From positions 12,524,001 through 12,588,000 of the forward strand of contig CM114271.1 in the NCBI GenBank assembly GCA_050084515.1: 64,000 nt of DNA. Reading direction: 5' to 3'. The notes under the pieces are model-generated. The model worked only from the letters and a program-made list of their open reading frames with translations, was not told where the DNA came from and did no database searches. This DNA comes from Blasia pusilla. Its lineage: Eukaryota. Positions 26,401 to 39,944 of this stretch are shown one piece after another. A program made the position numbers and the translations under genes. Numbering within the stretch: the stretch's first letter is position 1; each line of letters begins with the position of its first letter.

Positions 26401-27978
26401 GTCGAAAATAGTAAAGGAGTTTAAAACGCTTGGGTCTACAGCCCCACAATACTCTAGCCGTAGATAGAACAAGGTGTTTCGGAGAGGAGTGTTACCTTCG
26501 CTGCGCAGAACCGCGCAACCATCATACAGAACTTTTGGTCGATGCTCCTTGTAAAGCAAGATCTTCTTGTTGCTCACGACTACAACCGAACAGCCTGGGG
26601 CAGCATGTCGAGAACAATAGCTCGCCAAGCCCTGGATACGCCTGCAATTCATGGAAGAGATTCAATCAAACTCTCGACTGATCCCAAAGTCACCGTTGTC
26701 CAAGCCTAGGCTACGGAAGGAGACACCGATTCAAGGAAATCTCAGGAGAGAAGCTGTGATCTTCAAAGACTCCTTCGTTACTTCGCGCGGTGCCATTTAA
26801 CCAGAGCTCCATTTGGCAATGACGAGGAGTGGACCGTATTGCTCCACAATGACTTTAGTGATATGTGCCATGCGCTAGTGTACACGTATGGAACTATGGG
26901 ATGCGGATAGCCTTAAGAATCGACGATTACTTTGCATGCCGAAGAGCTGCAAGGAGGATACGGCAACGTACCAGGGTGGGACTCGTCGACGCGAAGTGCT
27001 GAGGACGAGAAGTGTAGCTCCTAGGGTGGCCGCCTCCTCCACGAGAACTTTGTCCAAACTCTCGCCGCAGACAACTCTCACGTCTGTGGTAAGCTGCCAA
27101 ACCCAAAGTCCTTCAGTCACACGACTGTCTTAATGTTTGAAGGGCAAAGTCGACACTCGTAGCTGAATTAAATTCCCTCGAAATCGGCACGACTGCGACT
27201 GCCTAACAATTGCGACACGGCAGGACGCATCTCACGCATACCCAAAGCACTTTCAATCGAACGCTCCAGAGAAAGACCTTGGCGCGCGCACACACCTCAA
27301 ACGGATCTTGATGCATCGAGCAATGGCGCCAGCAACCACTACAGTCCATCTGCCCGGCCACACGTTAAAAGAAGGCATACACTCTCAAGTATTTACCTCT
27401 TTCGCTCTTGAGAGCTCCTTGAACGGCTCGAGTAAAGACGCTAAAGCTGTTGCCGCATTTTCCTTGTACCTTTCAACCCCAAGTTCTTCGAACTCTGAAC
27501 CAAACATCAGACGATAGAACCTCATTCCTCTAGGCACATACTCAGTCTTCACAGCGGGAATGGAATCAACCCATGGGAATCCAACAAAGAGCAAAGCTAG
27601 TAGGACATAGACAGGGTTCAAAAAGTTCAGGCTAATGATGAGTACCATTAAGAGACGATCGGCGTGGTCTGTACGACTCATTACGGACATGACTTTATGT
27701 GGAGAAATCGTGGCATAGACGTGCGATTCCGGACCGAACACCGCCACAGGTTTACCACTCTGGCGAGTCCGTTGCGTAGTCAGCTGGGCTGCTGGGGTGA
27801 GCTAAGTCGCAGGGAGGAAATTTCAAGTACCTTTAGAGGATATGGCGGAGTGGTCAACGACGTGAAGGGCCAGAAGATGATCGCCAGTCTGCGCAGCTGT
27901 GGTGAACGCCCAAGCCAAGAGTTCTACGCTTTCTTGCCGCAAGCTTACACCTATTACAATCGTTTCGACAGATAGCAT
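23434..27978 (-). CDS. Receptor-like cytoplasmic Ser/Thr kinase, RLCK-VI class (At5g57670/RBK-like), with N-terminal USP / adenine-nucleotide alpha-hydrolase-like domain; 744 aa
   Basis: Eleven exons, all GT-AG and phase-consistent, 2235 nt: 27978-27831, 27494-27397, 27093-26972, 26641-26496, 26321-25554, 25261-25007, 24852-24695, 24581-24502, 24315-24180, 24005-23856, 23607-23434. Kinase motifs [53 protein letters not shown]-terminus [12 protein letters not shown]. The N-terminus TIVIGVSL...[21 protein letters not shown] is USP-like. Confidence 0.93.
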
Positions 27979-30450
27979 CCTGTTCGTCTCACTTCCACAC
28001 CGCACTTGTCTGTAGCGGAGTTGATCTTGCTGCTCGTATGCATCTATTGTCACACATTTGGGCACCCTCCGCCCAGCTCGTCTCGCAAGACGCTTCTTTC
28101 CGAGACAAGAGGCGACAATTCTTCTGTCCAAAGCAGCAAAGACACTCCGATCAGACGTAGAAGACAGCATGCGATCACCGAAAACATGTGAAGTTAAACA
28201 ATACCCTCGGCGGCAACTCCTGTCAGTGCTACGATTTCGGGATAGTCACAACAGGGTCCATGGATCCCAGAGTCGAGTGACAAAGGTTGGGCTCCCTCCT
28301 ACGCCAGGAAGTAGAAGGCCGGTATTGTTCGACGGAGTCCAGTATTGATAAAAACCCACCTGCGAACTGCAATGCCTGCCCGCACACAGCTGGCGTAAAC
28401 CTCCGCCAGCCAAATACTTCCCAACTCGGCTTCCCCACGCACGAAGAAATCTTAGAACGAGACGAGGTATTGACTCGACCGCCGGGAGATGGTGCTAGCC
28501 CACATGTGTGCACCGCGAGCTATTAATAACGAGCGCAATTGCAACTCCTTCCGTGCGACACGGTACTTGTCGAAGAAACTCACGCACTACGGGTTACGGG
28601 TTGGGACTACTAGCACGAATCCGACCGAATTAATGCCCGGGCCTCCCTCAAGACCTGTGAACATATGGTCTCCCGTGATTCATCTTGAAAGCCGTCGCTC
28701 TGTGACAACAATCGTATCCCGGTGGATGGCGGGTGGGAGATGCTCGCTCCCTCGCCAGGGGCCAGCGACTGCTCCGTGAAGGTCGAGAAGACTCGCACAA
28801 ACCCACCGAGTACGAGCAGATTGCCGAACGCGCGGAGATGCTATCTAGAGAGAACGTCTGGGGACGTACCAGATCAGCTGGGGTGGCCACATCGAAGTTA
28901 GCCGCTCAGAGCAATTCAAAAAGCCCGTAACTGACCTTTCCTGTGGAGGGAAGAGAGAAAAGAGCGAACTTAAAGTAGAAAGGAGTGAATCCCGGATGCG
29001 TTCTCCCGTTACCTCGCGGCGCAACAGACGCGGTGATGTCTTCCTCCGGGTGTACCCACGCTCACAATAAGCAGACAAACGAGGCTGGTCACGAGAATAG
29101 AAAGGGGACAAGCGAGTCCCTCCACGCGCGCGAGCACGACCTCCCTCCCTGTGCTTCAGAAGCCGCACCTCCTCCACACTGTGCACTCGCCTGACGTTCT
29201 CTTCCTAATCTAGAGCGAGGGGATCCTCGCGGTGGCGCCGTCAGCGCTTAACTCGCCGCGCACTGTGCGGCAGCAGCGGCCGCTCGAGCATGCCTCGTCC
29301 GTCGATTGGCACAGGCGAACAACTCCTGGAAAGGCGGTGTGGCGAAGGGAGAGACGACCCCAGCTCGCTCCTTGCAGTAGACCTCCGAGACTCTGCGGTT
29401 CGAGACTAGGATACACCCCTCTCGAATACACCTCAGACAGTCGCACAGACTTCCTCGAGTCCCCTCCCGTGCGACTCTCTTTGCCTCACTTCTTTTCGAT
29501 TCTCGTGAGTCGCGTCTCCCTGGCCTCGCCTCGCCGCCTTCCTCTAGACCGCCTCTCTCTCTCTCTCCTCTCTCTGCATCAGCATCCTCGCCACCCCTCC
29601 GGGAGGGGATCCATCGTCCTTCGCTCAGTTCGCATGGCACACCAGGTCCCGCAGCCCTGACAATACCAAACAAAAACCGCTGCTGTATGTGCCTCAATTT
29701 CCCTACCTCCGCAATCCCTGCTGCACAATTCTCGGCTCTGCGTAGCCCAGGAGGCCAGCGGCCAGCGCCTCACCTGGCGTCCTGGCGTCCGTCAGTCCGG
29801 TCCTCCAGCTTCTCTAGCTAGCGCATGTGTGGATTTCTTCCCAGCGAGCTCAAACGAAGCTCGCCGTACCCGTGCACTGGTTCATTTTCTTGCTTCTTTC
29901 CGTCACATCTGAAGGACCTTTCCCAGGCCCAGCCATCCCCGTACCTCTCTTTTTCGCCACTCGTCAGAAGTACGTCCCTCTCTTCGAAGAGCCCCGCTCT
30001 AGAGACAGGTTCTGCTCAGGCATTTGTAGGGTCCTACTGTTACCGAATCTACCGGTGGTCCGTCCGGTACAACAGACCAGAACACCCTCGAGGCTCAAAC
30101 GGCCGGTGGATCCTCCTCTCTCTCTCTGCCCACAAACCCATGGACTTCGCGCAGCGGCGGCAACCCTACCCCAGCCGCAGGACGTGTCAGCAGAAACCCC
30201 GCCACGTCTGCCTCGCATCCGATGTCGGGACGTCCAGTCTAACCTTTCCTACACGTCGGCGACTCGGCAACGAGCCTGTTGGTGGCGGCGTGATCCTTTT
30301 CTTTTCTCTTCTTTTCTGCTTCGTTCTCCGTCTCCGTCTCCCCTCCTGTTTCGTTGCTGGGTTTTCTCAAGGACCCAAACCTGCGAAGTTACTGCCTCAA
30401 CTTTCAACCGCGTACTTTTCAAACCTCTCCTGCCACGTCATGTAATCCCC
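27979..30450 (-). promoter_or_regulatory. Probable long intron-containing 5' leader and promoter of the kinase
   Basis: GC-rich with GA tracts on the minus strand. Candidate donors CAG|GTGAG (29773) and AAG|GTCAGT (28935); candidate acceptors at about 28941 and 28009. AT-rich DNA resumes after about 30.9 kb. Confidence 0.45.
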
Positions 30451-33400
30451 GGCAATTCTGCCAGCGCTCCATTCACTCGTCCAATCACTGGCCTCGGTGA
30501 ACCCTCCAATCGACGAAAGACTTCCACGTGTGCGTCCACGTCGAGGAGACCTCACCCGCCGGACGTTCCCGATCTTTTTTCACCCGGTGGCAAAACGGGC
30601 ATACATCCATGCACGCACGTGATTCGTTCGCCTCCGCTTTAAACAATGCGGCTGTCGGTTACCTCGGGTTCCTTATCCAACAACACTCCCTCGACAGGTC
30701 AGAATCAAAGTTTTCCAGTAGGCGCTCGGTCCATGGCCGGTATCATCTGACGGTAAGGCCTTTGCGGTCTTCGCGTGTTTCTATATTTCCCCTGAATCCC
30801 CTCTATCCGTTTATTTTATCATTATGACTTGAACTTTTCGGACCCAGAGGGCCAGAGTTACTAGAGTGTGTCAGGTTTTGGGACTTCTTTTATTTTACGG
30901 CTTTCTCTTATTTCTACATTTTTTCTCTACTTATTTATAATCATTTTATTAGGAACGAACTTCGGGGAGCGAGATTTACTCTGGAGAGCCCGGCTAAGTG
31001 AATTTTTTTTCTTTGGTTTCTCTTGTTTCTCTTTTTCCTCTTTGTTGGGAGTGAACTTTTGGGACTGACGGACGGCTTTTGACTTCTTCTTCTTTTCCCC
31101 TCTTGTTTTTATACTTCTGTTTTATTTATTATGAATTAATTATAAATAATTTTGGGGGAGGGTTTTGTAGAGTGGCGTGATTTCTGAACTTCATTTTCTT
31201 TTGTTATGCTTTCTTTGAGTCTCTCATCCATGCTACGGATGTAGCTCATGGAAATTGAAAAGAAACAAATATTTGGATGTATGACAATGAATAATCTATT
31301 TGTCTACCCATCTTACTATGGGTTCTTGAGCAAGATCATTATGTTCTTAGTGTTCAAGCATGCTATGTGTATGTCTTTATTATCCTTGTTAGTTGACTCT
31401 TTGATCTCCCTCTTATATTCATTAGTGCTCCCATCCTTACAATTTTTATGCTAATATTTGGAGGTGCATGCAGTTTATGCACTTTTCCATCCCTTTGAAT
31501 CATAAAATGCTTTTCCATTCTATCTAGTTTGTGCATGTCATGAGGCATGAATGGTCATTTCCCTCTCTTCCCGTAGTTCCCCACTCCTCCATTCATCCTT
31601 CCTTCCTACCGTAGATCTTCATCAAGTCCACTCCCATTAACCTTCGTCTCCATCTATCCATCTTTCGCAATGCATTCACACAATTACGAGTATTTGAAAT
31701 ATTCTAAATGTAGGGTAATATTTTTAAGTTTTTCACATCCTTGTAATTGTTTTCATTTCTAGAAAAATAGAGATTAAGGTTGAATAAGCTCAATATGTCA
31801 AATTAGACTACATCCCTTATAATTCTCATTATCTCATATTAAAGTACAAATTATGAAACATTCTTCTTTGTTTTAAATTTGAACTTTATACTCATATTAT
31901 CAACAATACTTAAGTAGTCGGATTGCTCAATATCAGACCAAATTCCAAAAAAAAAATCAACACACATAAAGTGAATTCTAGAGTGAATCATTGGAAGTAA
32001 AGAGAGGCCTTCTAATTTTTATCTCAAGAACAACTCTTTGAAGATATCATATTGATCGTATTGATAAAATCGTTGCTTGCATGCTTATTATTCCCAATCA
32101 TAATTCAAATCAAATTCGTAAGAGGGACCCTATTTGATAATTTTAACATCATATAGAAGTGATCACAAAAACGACTTTGTAGCTACTTTTCCTAATATTA
32201 GACTTTGATATACTGTAAGGGTTTTTCTAGAGGAAGTTGAAACATTAAAAAAAATTAGTAGGATTAAATTCTCCATGTCTAAAAAATTTTCATCTTTTAA
32301 TACGTGGATTTTTCAAAGGATTGAGATATCACTTCTTAATGGTGTACAATCCCTCCCTTCACTTGGATAAGAGGTGTCCCTTCTACAGAGTGAAGAAAGA
32401 CAGTGTAATTCCCTTATTGAAGTTGATTTTGTGACTTTGTGGTGATCTTTTTGAGGTCGTAATTTCACCCTCCTCACTCAAAGAAATTTTCTAATGAGGG
32501 AATTACTGTAAAAGTCCATCCATACTTACTTAATTTACGTTTCTCCTTAATACACTAATATCCTTTGTTAATGTTAATTGATAACAAAATTAAATTTGGA
32601 ATATTAATTTATCTGTAGACTTGTCAAAGGAGGGGGAAAAAGGAAATCTAACGAAAATCTAATTTCTTTTGAAGATTCCAATTTTATATTTTTCTCAATT
32701 ATTTATGATAAAATCTCCCTTAGTCGTGTATGAAAAAACACCTATTTGTGAATACTCGTTACTGAAGTTCCTTAATAATAATAAAAAATTTAAATAAAAT
32801 ATTCCAATAGCAACTAAACAATTATCCCTTCAAAATTATCTCTATGACAAACTAATGAGATATTTCCTCCAATGGGAATCCCTGAAGATCTCCTTCATTC
32901 CCATCCCACTTCTCTTCTTGGTTTTCACTCACACCCGACCTTGTTGGAAGAAGCCTCTGCCTAAAAGACTTGATCTTACTAAGGCTATTTGACGCTTTAC
33001 AATTTATTAATTTTTTGCTTGGAGGTAGTTTGGCATATGAACTTTGTGATAAAAGCTCTACTAACAACAACAAACATAGTCATGGGTTTGGAACCTTCAT
33101 GTTGAAATCCTCGTGTTGTATCATTTTTTCTTGGAGACTCTACATACTCACAGAAAAATCCGCCAATAATAACTCGTGTCATCTTTAAAGATGCAAGCTC
33201 GTAATTCTTGTCAAAGCATAAAAGTTCATCATGGGAGACGGAGGGGAAGGAATAGGAGGAGACATGGACATAGAGGACTTAGAAGAGGAGTGCGGAGTTA
33301 GTGCGGTTCTTTATTGGGAGTGTGAGGTGTCAAATCAACGAGCTCTATATGCTCGTGCTTTAGACTTTAACCCTTGTAATGAAGTTTATTGATTTACATT

Positions 33401-33766
33401 GGGTGTTAGATGAATTTAAGTCATATTAGGTTTTCATATATGAATTTAGTGGTTTCCATGTAACTTTATGTTACCTTTCATCCCTTCTAGTCCCCCTTGC
33501 TCAATACCTGAATATATGGTGTGTCGTATTTTACCCCCTTAAACCTTCCATTTGATTTGACTCCATAAACGTATCCCCAAATATAATTTTACACCCTTTC
33601 TTTTCAAAGTGGACTTTTTACTGCCCCCTCGGGTCTACATATCCTCTATGGAATCCCCACATCCATTAGGTTTCCAATATACCTACTATAAGTATTTGTG
33701 AGAGGGTTTGGGGTAGATATTTTCTAAGTTTAGACGTTGGAAAGCTTTCGTATGGGCTATCTCTTG

Positions 33767-34214
33767 CAAGGTTGCATGTGGAAAAAGTCCGTGTCTATAG
33801 ACATGTCCATATCCTTGGACTTACGTCCATCCTATGGAAGGACTTATCCATATGTAACCCACATCTTTCCCTTTCTCCTCCCCCTCCCCCCGCCCCACTC
33901 ACCTCGATATTGTGCACTTGCCCATTGCTTCTTCCTCTCACATCCACTCCCCCCCTCCTTGTTATCCCATCTGATTTTGCCCTCCCTCCCACCACGATCT
34001 AAAAATGCATGCCAAAGTCGCGAAAAAATGGGGAAGTCCATCCCTTCCTAGACTTGTCCTTTGGACATGGACGGACAAGTCCAAGGAAGAGCAACGAGCA
34101 AGTGCAAAATACAAAGGCGAATGAGGGGACAAGACAAGTCTGTCCATAGAATGGCGGTTAGTCCAAAGACATAGACATGTCTACGGACACAAACTTTGTC
34201 CACATGCAACCTTG
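33767..34214. mobile_element. MITE with imperfect terminal inverted repeats of about 80 bp
   Basis: Left caaggttgcatgtggaaaaagtccgtgtctatagacatgtccatatccttggact matches reverse complement of the right end caaggttgcatgtggacaaagtttgtgtccgtagacatgtctatgtctttggact. No clean target duplication seen. Confidence 0.85.
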
Positions 34215-34773
34215 GCCCAAGTCTTGCAATCCATTTGTGTACACATGTCCAAAGTTGTCATTTTTTGTACAACCATGATCTCTTGGGTATGATGCAAGGA
34301 TTCATGTCTATCTTGAGATGAGTTTCATCCATACCCCAACCCTCACATATCAACTTCCATTTGAGTAAACATAAGAGGTCTAGTTGGGATACTAAAAACC
34401 CTTGTTATTCCAACTTTTGCATCTTGTGAGGAGTTTGAAACTATTGAGCAACTAAATATCTTGACTTTAGAAAATTTGGATCTGTGAGACCTCTAATGAA
34501 GTAAAGATACTCTCTATTGTTTTTCTCTCTTCATCGTCCTCTCTTGAGTCATAGGATTGGTTAAGTTCTCACCTTAGTCGTATTGTGGGTCTTTTCGAGA
34601 AACTTTTTTCTCCCTTGGATCATTCTACAATACCTCTTGTGTCATTGGAGATACCCTTCATCTTGTGTTCTTTCTCCTCTGAGCTAGGATCTCACTTGAT
34701 CTTATGGGCAAGCTCTCCTAGTATATAGTACTTCCCATTCCACGTTGGTATCTCCAAAATATTCATAATGCCC

Positions 34774-35186
34774 CTACTATATTAAATATGATTTGTTTTA
34801 GTCCATAGAGCCACACGGAGCTTGCAATCATCTCACAAAATACTTACAAAGACAATTCAACTATGAGTTTGCAAGTGCAACACAAGTCAAAAGGTTCATT
34901 TTCTTACACTCAAAAGTGTCCTTACTTAGGTTTGCAAGATCCTCAAAAAAACCTCACAATAATTTTACAACTTTGCATGTAGATTCCAAAATTTTATAGT
35001 TTGATGTTGTTGGTTTTCTTACTTACAACTAACTTATGAGATTCTTGCAAACCACTTGCAAACTAGTCGAAAAAACTCACAAAAATTGTGGTCACTTTGT
35101 GAGTCCAAGAAACGGTTTTTTAACTTATAAAGTAGTCGCAATTGCTTTGTGAGTGCATCTTACATAAGGACAAAAATCATATAGTA
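34774..35186. repeat. Short element packed with ctcacaa/cttgcaa motifs in both orientations; possible degenerate non-autonomous CACTA derivative
   Basis: Many cttgcaa/ctcacaa/ttgtgag/ttgcaag copies; weakly inverted ends tactata...tgattt and aaatcatatagta. Confidence 0.35.
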
Positions 35187-38100
35187 CTACCGCCCTCATC
35201 CATCCATAGATTCCCTCCTACAAGCTTTCTTGCATTTTTTGTTACTATATTAAGAAAAACTATACAATTTGTTTTCAGTATATTTTAATGTAATTTAAAT
35301 ACTAGGTATGTTGTCTTGTGGTGGTTGGTAGTACAAATACTATGATTTAATCTAAGATAAGTGTATGAAGATATCATGTCATTATTCAAGAATGACACTC
35401 TCCAAAATTCTTATTTTCTAAATTATAAGAAATAGTTGAAATTTTTTAAAAGGAAAATAAAATTCTTATTCAATCTTCTAAGTCTTAACACGTTGACATA
35501 CCATTTCTATCAATACCATTTTAAATTCCCAGTATGTGCTTAGCTTGTTGATCGAAGATCTCACCAAAGATTAGGACGTTGTGTACACTAACCTTACTTT
35601 CCTTATTTTGATAATTGGAATTGTTGTTATTCTTTCATAATATATATTTTAACTTCTTCTTATTTTACTAAGATGAAAAAACTCCTACATTTTATGAAGT
35701 GGTTTAAATCAATTTACATCCCCAACACTAATAGTTCTTAATTCTTATATTTCATTGTATACCTTATCTTTTTTTTTTCTCCGTGTTCTTACAAATTTCC
35801 ATGCCACAATTTTGGTATTTCACATGTGGGTTTGCGCCTACTATAGTCTTTTTAAAGATGTATGAAACACGTACTTATTTTGTGAACATTTCTCTCATAC
35901 ATGATGTCTTTGTCACTAGATTTTTGTTTTGAAGAGGGATGTGGATGATGATTTTTTATGCGATTGGTCGAATTTCATTGAGTTACTAATTTTATCATAT
36001 TTGGGCACATTCTTTTGATTGAATGTGGGATATGATCTTCTGAGGCGCTCTAAGACGCTAATGATTTATTTGATACAAATGAGATTCAAGAGGGATAAAT
36101 TCATGAACTTAATATATATTAAAATAATTTAATTAATAATTTCCTCTTTGCTAAAATAACGATATATTTTGGCTCAAATGGATTTTCAAAATTTTCCAAA
36201 TCTTTATTTTTGCACCAATTAAAAAGTGATTTTGTGGGATGATCACCGGAAAAAGTTTATTCACATAATGTAATATATTTAGCATTCCTTCCATATTAAG
36301 ATTTATCCACATTCAATTCATGTTCTTATAGATTAAGTTGGTAGCATGCTTGGGGACTAAGGATATTAGTATTTAACGTTAGTACATCTTAAGAGGCTTT
36401 ATAGTTTAAAAAATTAGAAAATCATAATTCATCGAATAGTTATATTTGTGAAAGGGTTTGAAACTTTTTTGGGTGATTCTAATACAATGTAAGGTTGAAA
36501 TAATTAAGAGGAGAATACCAATACATAATTCTCACTACATGGGACTAGATATCCCATGTTTCAATGTGTCATTTTTTCATTGTTTATAATAACTAAATAA
36601 ATAACTCATAATTTCACATATATATATGTCATAATAAAAAATATGAAAATATTACCTCTAAGTTTTATTTTATATTTAGAATACATATAGTTATACATGT
36701 TAATTTGATTCCTTCAAAAAGGGATTCTTTGAAGAAAATTCCGAAATGTTTATGCATGTCCAAAAATTGGATGAAAATAAATTTCTTAGAGGTTGGGATC
36801 ATTGGTATCCTAATTATTGATAAAACATTAAACATCTAAATTCACAATCCACCTTTTCTTTAAAAATCCAATGGTAAAAAATAAAGATATCATAAAATTG
36901 CCGCATTCATCAAGGAGTTTCAAGCTAGACTATCTCTTGTAGATCTCTTTTATGACTTCCAAAGAATGCACTTTTGTCTTAAGATGATTCAAATATCATA
37001 TAGAAATCCAGGTTGTGTATAAATATGTATTGAAGATGTGAGAACTTTTTAAAGGTTTATAGAAACTCGTTCCCACAGTTAAAAATGAACAACTCCAAAT
37101 TTTGTATATAGCCCCTACATTTAGTGCATGAATCTCGGATTTAAATTTTGTGGCAATATATCATCCCCAAATATGAGTGGATGTATACGTGGGTTATCCA
37201 TGTAGTTTGTGAGTCTTCAAGTCATATCTATAATTGGGAGACCCAGTCCCTCTTTGGAGACTAACTTCTAAGTTGGGCTCCAAATTAGGGATAAAATTTC
37301 AAATAACTCAAGGATGCAATGTTGGAAGTGCTCAAGAATATCGTATGTGTTATCAAAGAAGAATTTATGCAAAGATACTTATCTTCTTCTTTTTTGGATT
37401 TCTTTCATCATTTTCTAAAATCTATCATTGAATTTTCATTGGATTCCTCATCCCGAGTGATTCCTTTTAGAACTTTTGTTAGAAAAAAATGAAAAAAATC
37501 ATTCTCTTCATCTTATTTTCTTTGACTTCTCTTACTCATGCATTATACATAATGTTCAAAACTGAAAATAAACCCCCTTGCAATATACAAACTATATGCA
37601 TATTTCTCTTTTTGGCCTATGGTGAACAAAGTTATTGATTGGGTGAGTCCCAAAACATGATAAGTGCAAGCCTTTTTATAGCTTCAAAAAGTGTCATATG
37701 ACTCATGCGTGCAATAGTAGGCCAAAATGCATAAGACACAATGTTATATATAGACAACAAAGAGAGACATATGGCCAATCTTAGATCCTTGTAAATTTAT
37801 CATTGATTTTGAATATCAAATCCAACACTTTGACATTATCCTCTCGATATTTGAATATGGATGATTTTCACTCTACATATGAACTTGGCATTTTTCTATA
37901 TTATTCGAATGGTAGATAATTTGTTTAATTTATTCATAGCTAAAAGTTTTCTTATATTAGTTTATGTATTGTACTCCTTTGTGTAGATTCAATGATGGTA
38001 TCTAGTGTAAGATTTCCCTATTCACAAAATGATTACTAACTCAAGCACATGAGCCTAATTTTTCTAGTATCTAAGAAACAAAGACTTGCACCACACCTAT

Positions 38101-39944
38101 GAAGTGCTTGTTTTTTTAGATTATTCACATATTAGACAACATGGTCAATTTATTCACAAATGAAAAAAAATTTATGATGAGGGATAGAACACACGTTATA
38201 CTCTTTAGTTCTAATTTAGTACTTATTTTGAGTTTACAATTCACTATCCCTTGTTGAAAAATACTAACATACATATGTTTGTAAGTAACGTAGGAAATTT
38301 ACTTCAAGTGAAGGGCATGGAAATACTATTGTAGATTAGTCTAAGTCATCCATAACTAGCATATTTCCTTATAACTATAATATTACCTTAAATATGGGCA
38401 CACTCTCCTCAAGCATCTTCTTGCATTTCTTTGTCATTATATATTAGGAGCATCTTGTGTAGTGCCATCGTTGCTTCTTACGCGTAACAATACCTTCATA
38501 TTAATCAACATCCCCTCACAAATGTAGACATCTTTAATCACAACATATTGTTTACCTCTAAAATTTATTTTGCATACATTTGGATGTAGTTGCAAGTATG
38601 TAAGCATAATGCCAACAGTAATTCTCCAATTCAAGTATGTTAACTTGGCATCCTTCTTTTTCATGTTTTTTTCTCTCCATTCAAGATTTGTAGATAAATA
38701 TGATGCCAAGATATTACATAGATATGGACTAGTTCAATTTTGAAATATCCATGAATTTTAGATTTAGGACTATAAGCTATTCTCAAAACATACTATTTTG
38801 CAATTTTTTACGTATGAAGTAGGAAATCGAGCTTGCTAAGCATTGAACCCAATACTACTCACCATTGACAAGATTTATAGTTTGATATAAATTTACATAT
38901 GTTCATGACCTTCAACTTAATCAGTTGGATCTATGATGTTACAAAATCCTTGCTAGAATTACTCGTGTGGACAATGTTAGCAAAATAGTCATTATTGCAA
39001 GTGCAAAATATGCTCTAAAAGTATAAATAACTATGTGCTTCCTATGTCCTCACAATCAATTGTTTGGCTTATGTGGGTAGTCTATCTCCTAAGTTGCAAT
39101 AGCAAAAAGCACTAATAGAAACCCATCCACTATATGCTCTACGCAACGGTAATATGACTCCTCGTGTCATAGCATCCCTTGGAAAATTTGATGTACATGC
39201 AAAATTTATAAATAATTGCTATAATACGACATATGATGTGTACATGAATCCTACACATGTGTGAGATATATTGGTTTTAAATCCACTTTATTGATAATTA
39301 CCTAATACTTTCACTCGTTCATTCTTGATTAGGAATCGGGAAAAAGTATATAGTTGGTTCTATAATTGTTTCTTTTAAGCTTGTTACGTTCTCAATTGCC
39401 CTCTCATTGGTTGGGATATTGAGGACCTTTTCCTTGTAAATCCAATTTCTATAAGTAAGTGAGAAGGATATCGAGGGTTAATGAGTTGTGCTGATATTAT
39501 ATACCCTTAATTGAATTACTATATCCTACGAGTGATTTTGTAGTTTTACCATCCTTGTCCATTGAATTTGTCTCGAAAACATCCCAAGATAAAGGAAAGC
39601 CAACTCATAGCATGACACTTAATCCACATAGTACTAGACTCAACACTCTTCAAGATATATAGTATTCACTTATTGTGAAAAGAAGACAATCGTATAATAT
39701 TTCCCACAATGGTAATGTGTTTCTTAGGGAACATATCCAAAGTGGAGAACAAATTCTCTTCAGCAAAAATTGTGCAGCCATAATCATGTGCTATTACGTA
39801 CCCGAAAGAGGCGTTCCCTTGTAATTAGATTTTTTCCGATCTTCAGATTCAAGGACATATACACAAGTACCTTATTCTATTTGAGCTATATTTTCCATGG
39901 AGCCTACATTATCACAACCTATTTTGGGTTGACAAGAAAGACTT

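Noticed and set aside
29825-30642. Long plus-strand ORFs of 206 and 271 aa
   Set aside because: They overlap in different frames, are Pro/Ser/Arg-rich and antisense to the likely kinase leader; typical of GC- and CT-rich UTR or promoter DNA.
32852-33240. Short ORFs that might be a gene fragment
   Set aside because: No recognisable domain and interrupted by stops.
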